DNA of 59,652 nucleotides, filler included. It is 4 parts of 4 records of this genome, joined end to end, with 100 filler letters (N's around TTAATTAATTAA, not from the genome) between each part and the next. Parts side by side here need not be neighbours in the genome. Positions count along the whole stretch, not along the records: positions 38,618 to 59,652 come from SRR31147125_5304; 3 more parts are not named here. One strand, 5' to 3'. Shown piece by piece: positions 52,739 to 59,652 of this stretch. Within the stretch, counting starts at the first letter, position 1. Each line of letters begins with the position of its first letter. The notes below the pieces were generated by a model that was not told the DNA's origin, made no database searches, and saw only the letters and a list, made by a program, of their open reading frames with translations. Both the position numbers and the translations under genes were made by a program.

Positions 52739-53951
52739 TTTGTATATTTTCTTTCACATAAATTAATGTTTTATCACGGCTTTTTACAATTATCTGTTTG
52801 ATTGAATCTGAAATATACATTATATCTTTTACAGACAGGCCTGGATAAAGAGGTAATGATATACAAGATGAATAAGCAGCTTCCGCACGTGGAAAATCCC
52901 CACGTTTTAAGTTAAAAGTTTTTTGATAATATGGGTGCAGATGAATAGGAATAAAATGGACACTCGTTCCGATACCTTTCTCACTCAACTGTTCAATAAG
53001 ATAATTACGGCTCAGGTTTTGTGAAGGCTTTAACCGAATAACAAACAAATGCCATGCATGCCTACATTCCGCATCAGTTTCAGGGAGGATTATCTCATCG
53101 ATACCAGAGAGATTGTGTCTGTATTCATCTGCCAGAGTTTTTCTTTTAAGCTGCAATTTATTGAACTTTTGCAACTGTACGAGTCCTAATGCGGAATTAA
53201 TATCAGATAAATTATATTTAAAACCCAGATCTTGAATTTCATAATACCACTGACCTTCTTTTGAATACCGTTTCCATGCATCGTTTGATAATCCATGGAG
53301 ACTCAAAAGCCTCAACTTTTGGGCCAGTTCGTCATCATCTGTTGTTATCATCCCGCCCTCACCGGTGGTCAAATTTTTTGTAGCATAAAAGCTAAAAACC
53401 GTAGCATCACCAATTGTCCCGATTTTTTTATTTTGATATTCAGCCCCGAGAGCATGAGCCGCATCTTCCAAAACAAAGATATGTTGCGGGTGTGCGATTT
53501 TCATAATCTCGTTCATTCGGCAGGGGGCACCGGCAAAGTGAACAGGAAGGATTGCCTTGGTTTTGGGATTTATTTTGGCTTTGATATTTTGAGGATCAAT
53601 ATTAAAACCATTTTCCTCAACATCGACTAAAACGAGAGTGGCTCCAGTGTGAAGAATAACCTCCGGGGTTGCGGCAAAGGTGTAGGGAGTTGTTATCACT
53701 TCATCTCCCTTTCCGATATTATATGCTACCAATGCAAGGTGTAAACCTGAGGTACATGAATTTACTGCGATGGCATGTTTTGCTCCAATATATTGTGCAA
53801 AATTAGATTCAAATTTTTTGGTTCGAGGACCTGTTGTTAACCAACCAGATATTAATGTTGATGTTATCTCTTTAATTTCTCTGTTATCTAAGGAAGCTCT
53901 GTGAAACGGAATATAATTTGTTATATTTTTTTGAGAATAATTGTTAAACAC
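52722..53951 (-). CDS. DegT/DnrJ/EryC1/StrS PLP sugar aminotransferase
   Basis: GWLTTGP, NSCTSGLHLAL, EDAAHA, FSFYATKNLTTGEGG, GFKYN, SLPLYP. Confidence 0.95.
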   Translation of the reverse strand: MFNNYSQKNITNYIPFHRASLDNREIKEITSTLISGWLTTGPRTKKFESNFAQYIGAKHAIAVNSCTSGLHLALVAYNIGKGDEVITTPYTFAATPEVILHTGATLVLVDVEENGFNIDPQNIKAKINPKTKAILPVHFAGAPCRMNEIMKIAHPQHIFVLEDAAHALGAEYQNKKIGTIGDATVFSFYATKNLTTGEGGMITTDDDELAQKLRLLSLHGLSNDAWKRYSKEGQWYYEIQDLGFKYNLSDINSALGLVQLQKFNKLQLKRKTLADEYRHNLSGIDEIILPETDAECRHAWHLFVIRLKPSQNLSRNYLIEQLSEKGIGTSVHFIPIHLHPYYQKTFNLKRGDFPRAEAAYSSCISLPLYPGLSVKDIMYISDSIKQIIVKSRDKTLIYVKENIQNETSI

Positions 53952-53975
53952 TTTTTACTCCGGAAGTAATAAAAA

Positions 53976-54689
53976 TCATTCTTCATGATTATAGTCATAT
54001 CGATAATACTTATGCTGATAATAATATGGCAAAACCTGTCCAATATCGTTAAGGACAATTCCATACAAATTGCAATAGGAATCCTGTAAGAGTTGTACAG
54101 CCCGTCTTACAACATATTTGGATGTTTTTCCAGCCCTGATTACGAGTATGACTCCATCACTCAAATGTGCAAGTCGAATCGAATCTCGAACTGGAATAGC
54201 AGGTGGACTATCTATAAGGATCATTCTATAATGAAATGAGAGTTTATTAAAAAGCTGTTTTGATTTTGCCCGGCTCAAAAGGTGCATTGGATTGTTTACA
54301 TGTTTACCTGCTGTCAATAAATGCAAATTAGGTAGAGCAACTTTTTGTAATGTATCCGATACATTGACTGTCTCTAATAGTGCATCCGACAAGCCCTTTT
54401 CGTTTTTAACACCAAATCTTTTGTGTAATGAGGGCCTACGCATGTCTCCATCAACCAATAAAATATGCTCCTGGCTTACAAGAGCAAACGTTTGTGCCAT
54501 GAAGGAAATAATCGTTGATTTACCTTCTCCTTTTATAGCACTGGTAACTGTGATCAGTTTCGGAGAATCTCCGTCTTTAGTGAGAAAAAGTCTCGTAACA
54601 AGTTCATAAAAGTCTGAAAATACCGGGGAATTATCCGTATAATTATTTTGAACGATGGGTACTGGATTTTTCTTCATTAGATTTCTCAA
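53976..54689 (-). CDS. Stand-alone BY tyrosine kinase (CpsD/CapB)
   Basis: GEGKS, LLVDGDMRRPSLH, ILIDSPP, C-terminal Tyr cluster YYYQHKYYRYDY. Confidence 0.93.
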   Translation of the reverse strand: MRNLMKKNPVPIVQNNYTDNSPVFSDFYELVTRLFLTKDGDSPKLITVTSAIKGEGKSTIISFMAQTFALVSQEHILLVDGDMRRPSLHKRFGVKNEKGLSDALLETVNVSDTLQKVALPNLHLLTAGKHVNNPMHLLSRAKSKQLFNKLSFHYRMILIDSPPAIPVRDSIRLAHLSDGVILVIRAGKTSKYVVRRAVQLLQDSYCNLYGIVLNDIGQVLPYYYQHKYYRYDYNHEE

Positions 54690-54732
54690 GGATTATATTA
54701 CATTCCAATAGGTTTTGCATTCTAAAGCCCGG

Positions 54733-56232
54733 TCAGGAATGATGAGCTTTTGATTTCGATACTTTCTTTCCATTCATTTCTATTTTAGGAATCGTGGCAA
54801 TCACCGGCACATTTAAAAAATCAGATATATCTTCAACTCTTTTAAAAGTGACATCTATGCTTTCCAATCCGATAATAATACTCAAGCCAATTGACATTCC
54901 CAAAAACAGTGCAATCATCATTATTCTCCTTCTTTTTGGTTTTATTCTTTCGAGTGGGAGAAAAGCTGGGGAAATGACTTTGTATCTCATTTGCGCTTCT
55001 CTGTTGAGGGCTGTTTGACGAATGTGCGTTCCACTAACTTGTTGCGCAAATGATTCGTATATCTCTCTATTTAACTGTACCTCATTTTCCAACCGTTCTT
55101 TAATCAAATCGTGAGATGGCTCTTTATTTTTATATTGAGTGTACTCATTAACCATTTTTTCGAAAATATTTAACTGCTGTTTCAGAATATTGACATCGAG
55201 ATGTGCATAATAGTATTTAATACATTGCTCGCTGGCTAATAGTGTTATTTCCGGATACTCTGCAAAGTATGATCGCAAAGAATTGACAAACATTTTTTTG
55301 AGATTTATGATCTCTTCATTAATTTGAACAATTTCCCTATCACGCCATGAAAATTTTTTAAATAAATGGCATACATTCCCTGTTTGCTGCAGGATACTTT
55401 TTAACGAGTTGTTGATTGCATTATCGATATGACTTTTCAGAGTAGGAGGAAGGTGACTGATGGTCTCACTTAATTCTCGTAAAACATCGCTTTTCTTTTG
55501 TAAATCGACTGTCGTTGCCAGGATTATAGATTGTATTTCATCAAGCTTTGCTGGGGTTATTTCCAATAGCTGTTCTACTTTCAGTCCTTTTCCATTTTTA
55601 AAGACCTCCAGATCATGTTCTGCTTCTTCCAGTCTTTTCTGATAGGTGTCAAGTAGTTGGTTACTAATAGAACTCGCCTCCGAAACGGTCTCAAGCACAT
55701 CGCTTTGAGATTCTTCAATTGCTAAATTGGTAAAAGCCTGACATAATAAATAAGCTTCAACTGGCGTTCTGCCCCTGCCTTTTAAATATATAATATCATA
55801 GCCTTTTATCCGTGTTGATATCATTTTTTTTACATGTTTAATAAATACCTGATTTTCTATCTTGAGTTTCAGATGGGTATCCTGAGTTTCTGCAGATAGA
55901 GTTTTTATCATTCCCAATAATTTTTCATTTTTTGACAGATCAAGTCTATCTTTTAATTTTAACAAGAATTCATCACTTGTAATTAATTTACGCAAATAAT
56001 TTAAGTCACGCCGACCGGGCGTTCCTGGGATAAAACGTAGATTAGAACCGGATAGTAAATCGGTATCTATAAACATGACCGTGGATACAGATTCATACTC
56101 TGAAGGTGTCGTTAACGCAATGTAAAAACCCAAAAGTATGGCCATGGTACACGTTAAAACTGGAATATACCAACGGCGTTTAAAAAGTTGAAACCAAAGG
56201 CGCCAGTCTTTAATATCGTTCATGGAAAACAT
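54733..56232 (-). CDS. Polysaccharide co-polymerase (Wzc N-terminal / GumC-like)
   Basis: N- and C-terminal TM segments, long coiled coil, P..P..PKR, L..PVIATIP. Confidence 0.88.
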   Translation of the reverse strand: MFSMNDIKDWRLWFQLFKRRWYIPVLTCTMAILLGFYIALTTPSEYESVSTVMFIDTDLLSGSNLRFIPGTPGRRDLNYLRKLITSDEFLLKLKDRLDLSKNEKLLGMIKTLSAETQDTHLKLKIENQVFIKHVKKMISTRIKGYDIIYLKGRGRTPVEAYLLCQAFTNLAIEESQSDVLETVSEASSISNQLLDTYQKRLEEAEHDLEVFKNGKGLKVEQLLEITPAKLDEIQSIILATTVDLQKKSDVLRELSETISHLPPTLKSHIDNAINNSLKSILQQTGNVCHLFKKFSWRDREIVQINEEIINLKKMFVNSLRSYFAEYPEITLLASEQCIKYYYAHLDVNILKQQLNIFEKMVNEYTQYKNKEPSHDLIKERLENEVQLNREIYESFAQQVSGTHIRQTALNREAQMRYKVISPAFLPLERIKPKRRRIMMIALFLGMSIGLSIIIGLESIDVTFKRVEDISDFLNVPVIATIPKIEMNGKKVSKSKAHHS

Positions 56233-56247
56233 ATTTTTGCTCCATAA

Positions 56248-57237
56248 TTAGCGATCACGTAAAAAATCATAGACCAAAGCTGTGATTGCCGACGTGGAGG
56301 CAATCATAAAAAAATTCCAAAATATACTTTCTCTGATAAATCTTCTCCTCGGAACATAAATAGTATCTCCGCCATAAACTTTGAAAAATCCGGGTACATT
56401 TTCATGTGCATATCGATCTACATCAACCCGAATGACACTTGAGTATACTCCTGTTTTTCGAATGACCTTTACTTCTTCAAGTTTTGCAGCAGGTGTTGGT
56501 CCTCCGGCAATGATTAGAGCCTCCAGCAAATTTAATTCCTTGTTAAAAGTATAGACACCAGGGTTGCCCACCTGGCCATAGACAAACACAACATTTTGCT
56601 CACTTTGCGCAGCCTGAATACCGGACGTGGGAACATTTCCAACTACTGCCGGAATATAAATGTTGTCGCCTGGTTCAATTTTGGGAATAGCTTTAAATTG
56701 TTTCGTCCTCAAATAGGTGGCTAAATCGACATTAATTATTATTTTTTCATCACCCTTATTACGAATGATCATCACATTGTCCAGGTTCGCATTTAATGTC
56801 GGTCCGCCAGCTTCAGAAATGACATCCCATAAATTAGGTATGACCTCAAAAGTATATTTACCAGGTGTCGTCACATTACCCATTACGTAAACCTTTTGAC
56901 TTCCATATTCCGTGATGGTAATATTCACTCGGGTAATCCTTCTGTTAAAAACTGAAACTTGTTCTATAATAGCGTCTGCTAATTCTTGTGTTGTTAGACC
57001 GGCAGCAGGGAGGACACCTCCAACAGGTAACGAGATCGTTCCATCTTTATTTACTTTGGTTGTTGTATTTAATTCCGGATCCTGCCAAAATGATATTGAT
57101 ATAACATCATCCGGTCCTATCACATATATGTCTGTTTGTGCCTGTACAACAATGGATGTATATAGCAGCAGACATAAAAAATAAGTTAACTTATTTATAG
57201 GAAATGATTTAAAAGAGTTTTTCATAGGGTGATTCAT
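56248..57237 (-). CDS. Polysaccharide export OPX protein (Poly_export + SLBB repeats)
   Basis: YVIGPDDVI.I, V..DG.ISLP, two VYV.G.V..PG.Y / A.L..V SLBB units, hydrophobic C-terminal helix. Confidence 0.9.
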   Translation of the reverse strand: MNHPMKNSFKSFPINKLTYFLCLLLYTSIVVQAQTDIYVIGPDDVISISFWQDPELNTTTKVNKDGTISLPVGGVLPAAGLTTQELADAIIEQVSVFNRRITRVNITITEYGSQKVYVMGNVTTPGKYTFEVIPNLWDVISEAGGPTLNANLDNVMIIRNKGDEKIIINVDLATYLRTKQFKAIPKIEPGDNIYIPAVVGNVPTSGIQAAQSEQNVVFVYGQVGNPGVYTFNKELNLLEALIIAGGPTPAAKLEEVKVIRKTGVYSSVIRVDVDRYAHENVPGFFKVYGGDTIYVPRRRFIRESIFWNFFMIASTSAITALVYDFLRDR

Positions 57238-57239
57238 GT

Positions 57240-58475
57240 TTAATTTAATGTTTTGCCATTTACAATATTACTACCTGAATAAAGCCCGTCATTATCAAAA
57301 ACATAGATTTGATAAAAGTAGTTTGTGTTAGTCTCCAGGCCTACATCGCTATAGGATGTCGTTTCCTGATTGTTTATTATCATAATTGGTGCACTTGTTG
57401 AATCAATCGTCGAATTTTTTGCTCGAAATATTCTATACGAATCAAAATCACTGTCACGATTTTTACTCCAGGATAGTCTTAGAGTTTGAGCAACCTCGGC
57501 AGCGGGTTTAGCCAATATAACAGCCTGAGGAGCTGTGTTATCAGTTGTTCTCAGAGATACAATATTGGATTCACTAAATAGCCCTAACAGGTTATATACA
57601 TATACTCTATAATAAAAGACTGTTCCCCTGGTTAAACCTTCATCGTGATAGTAATTCTCATCACGCAGTCGGCTCACAAAGATCGGCAATGCTTCATTAG
57701 AAACGTCAGAGGAAAGGGATCTATAAAGTCGATAGGATGAAAACTCGGGATCATTTGATTGGTCCCAGTAGAGAGCCAGGCTTGATTCATTTTTGCCAGA
57801 TTGGATATTTAAGCCAACTGGCAAAGGCCTTTTGGTATTGTGGATTAACATGATGGTGTCGTATATATTATGAAATGTTATATGGTCCTGTCCATCACGA
57901 AAACGTACATAAACGGTTTTAAGTCCGGCACTATCTTCAAGCATCCACGTTTTAGGTGAGGTATATGGTTCCCACACTGCATTTATAAAAAGGCTGTCAT
58001 TACTCAACATTATATAATCGGCACACTCTGAACCGATGAAAGAAAGTGTTACTGATCTTGAATCGGTACTTTCATCTCCATCATTAATAATAATCGAATA
58101 GAAACATGGTGTGGCATAAACAGTCTTTGAAACGGGTCCTTCAAACGCCTTTGAATTAACAGCTGTAATGTAATAACCATAAATCATAGTGTTTGAGACA
58201 TTAAAGTCATAAAACATATTTCTTGTTGTTGAATCGATTTTTATAAAACTCATATTGGTTGAATCTGTTCTATAAATAAAATACTGGTGAATAGAATCCC
58301 TTGAAATGGTATTCCAGGTCAATAATATCTGTCGGTCGCCTACAAATGCCTTTAATTCAGTTGGTTGAGCGGGGTATATGAATGATTCATATGTGACAGG
58401 ATTTGAGTACTCTTTCTCACAATTCAGACATGAAGCCGCTATAATAATAAAAATGTGCATGTATTTTGAAATCAA
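57240..58475 (-). CDS. Fibronectin type III repeat lipoprotein
   Basis: Signal peptide ending in Cys; three FN3-like units (ILLTWN...YFIYR; LALYWD...YRLYRS...YYRVYV; LRLSWS...YRIFRA...YFYQIYV). Confidence 0.75.
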   Translation of the reverse strand: MISKYMHIFIIIAASCLNCEKEYSNPVTYESFIYPAQPTELKAFVGDRQILLTWNTISRDSIHQYFIYRTDSTNMSFIKIDSTTRNMFYDFNVSNTMIYGYYITAVNSKAFEGPVSKTVYATPCFYSIIINDGDESTDSRSVTLSFIGSECADYIMLSNDSLFINAVWEPYTSPKTWMLEDSAGLKTVYVRFRDGQDHITFHNIYDTIMLIHNTKRPLPVGLNIQSGKNESSLALYWDQSNDPEFSSYRLYRSLSSDVSNEALPIFVSRLRDENYYHDEGLTRGTVFYYRVYVYNLLGLFSESNIVSLRTTDNTAPQAVILAKPAAEVAQTLRLSWSKNRDSDFDSYRIFRAKNSTIDSTSAPIMIINNQETTSYSDVGLETNTNYFYQIYVFDNDGLYSGSNIVNGKTLN

Positions 58476-58497
58476 ATCGGTTATTCCTCAATGATTA

Positions 58498-59304
58498 TTA
58501 AAATGCCCATGACAGACCTACCAGAATTGTTTCATTATTTACATTTACAGCGGACAGTGGCCGACCAATGATGTCACTTTCCCGAAATTTTTTAGGATAA
58601 CTAAGCATCATTTCGAGAATATTAAGTGCATAGACTCCAGCTGCTACATAAATAAACGATTGACGTAAATTGTAACGGGATTCTAAATCTTTATGTGAGT
58701 TCATCAAGTTCTGTCTTGCCTTTGGTTCATTTTGATAAGATTTGGCGCGTTTTCTATAAATATTCATTTGATTTTTATATTCATCAAATTTTTTTTCATA
58801 TTCCAAATGAGCATATCCGAGTGAGATAAGAGAGGATACTTGAAGTGTAAGAAATATTGTTCCCTGTGTTTGTTTTCCAGAATAAAATTGCCCCCAACTC
58901 GTTAAAAAGACAGATCTTACAACGGCTTTAATGTGGGATTTGGGTGTTAAGGTCAATAAAACGGAAGTTTGATCAAATTTAGAAAAATCAATTTTACTAG
59001 AACATGCTTCATAACCCTCTTTTTCGGCCTTTAATCGATATTTCCCTGTTAATGAATAAGGAAACCAACATGGAGTTTTACCGATAATTTCATTTTCAAT
59101 TTTTACAGTAGCTCCTGCTGGTTTTGAATCGATATAAAATCCTCGTTTTGAATCTTCATTTGGTTGCGCAAAAGATAAATTCACCAGGAATATTAAAAAA
59201 AATGCTACTACTGAAATTATTAGCATGTAATGAGTGTTTTTATGTGTATTCTTTTCTGATCCTTTGTTGAATATATATCTTATCACTGGCAGAATCATTG
59301 ACAT
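58498..59304 (-). CDS. PEGA-domain protein with DUF5683-like C-terminal region
   Basis: IDSKPAGATV.I....IGKTP...G.Y.L..EKEGY (PEGA), AVVRSVF..WGQFY, C-terminal LSWAF; ATG 59304 behind AAAGGTG. Confidence 0.75.
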   Translation of the reverse strand: MSMILPVIRYIFNKGSEKNTHKNTHYMLIISVVAFFLIFLVNLSFAQPNEDSKRGFYIDSKPAGATVKIENEIIGKTPCWFPYSLTGKYRLKAEKEGYEACSSKIDFSKFDQTSVLLTLTPKSHIKAVVRSVFLTSWGQFYSGKQTQGTIFLTLQVSSLISLGYAHLEYEKKFDEYKNQMNIYRKRAKSYQNEPKARQNLMNSHKDLESRYNLRQSFIYVAAGVYALNILEMMLSYPKKFRESDIIGRPLSAVNVNNETILVGLSWAF

Positions 59305-59371
59305 CGCACCTTTTTTGAATTTAATCTTATAGATTATTGTTGAAAAATTGAAAAGATATTGTAAATTAAAT

Positions 59372-59472
59372 AAAAAAAGCCGCACAAAGGGCCATACAAG
59401 ATGGCCCCTTGTTGTGGTGGTAGGCTACCAACCCTTAAGACTTTGCCGAGTCGGTTGGTAGCCTCTTTTTTT
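59372..59472 (-). promoter_or_regulatory. Two-hairpin structured leader with intrinsic terminator upstream of the EPS locus
   Basis: Perfect 12-bp stem AGGCTACCAACC/GGTTGGTAGCCT enclosing GACT-CGGCAA-AGTC plus a TTAAG bulge; then a GGGCCA/TGGCCC hairpin followed by U7. Confidence 0.65.
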
Positions 59473-59652
59473 ATCAAGGTGCAAATGGAACCGATAAATC
59501 CATCCGCTACTTTTATTCTACAGCATTGCTAATTCGTTTTAAATCTAATTATCCTGCTCTTTTCTTCCTTTATACAATTGCCCAGGAGGTTTGTAGTTTT
59601 TCAAAAAACTGTCAATGTACGCAGCCGTAGTGTTTCCGTATAAATTTTAACA

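Noticed and set aside
59305..59385. N-terminal extension of the PEGA ORF from GTG 59385
   Set aside because: It starts inside the terminator hairpin with no RBS; ATG 59304 has AAAGGTG
59372..59472. c-di-GMP-I (GEMM) riboswitch or ops/JUMPstart call for the EPS leader
   Set aside because: GGCAAAG is present, but the GNRA-capped P2 and GACGCAAAGC...GGTCTAA architecture is not. The ops-like GGTGGTAG is on the wrong strand.
1..59652. CRISPR arrays, tRNA/rRNA genes, transposases, integrases, phage genes
   Set aside because: No regularly spaced repeats, tRNA cloverleaf signatures, or DDE/recombinase motifs found by eye

Overview
The window is not one locus. It is four unrelated contig pieces joined by identical 100-bp artificial linkers (N44-TTAATTAATTAA-N44 at 23489-23588, 32320-32419 and 38518-38617). 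Piece 1 (1-23488) is very AT-rich housekeeping DNA in the standard genetic code; I infer an Acholeplasmatales/Izemoplasmatales-type Mollicute or a related low-GC Bacillota. It carries rplM-rpsI, divergent pyrR/uraA with a PyrR attenuator, asnB with an Asn T-box, a class II photolyase, M48 protease, ldh, rhomboid, htpG, an HtrA-like lipoprotein, GGDEF-secB, a MacB-type ABC operon, a two-component system with two CiaR-like TTTAAG-N5-TTTAAG boxes nearby, a ferredoxin and the 3' end of guaA. Pieces 2-4 look like a diderm (FCB/KSB1/Calditrichota-like by inference). Piece 2 has a secreted protein, an outer-membrane barrel and a TPR lipoprotein, then rpiB-glyA-nrdR-rnfC-rnfD. Piece 3 is accessory: a DUF6036-like nucleotidyltransferase pair, a VOC protein, a hepT/mntA toxin-antitoxin pair and the 3' end of a GH92-PA14 gene. 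Piece 4 is a ~21-kb minus-strand Wzx/Wzy exopolysaccharide locus, headed by PEGA and FN3 proteins and preceded by an unrecognised two-hairpin leader. Many apparent frameshifts sit in homopolymer runs and are probably sequencing errors. All family assignments come from motif recognition, not from database searches.
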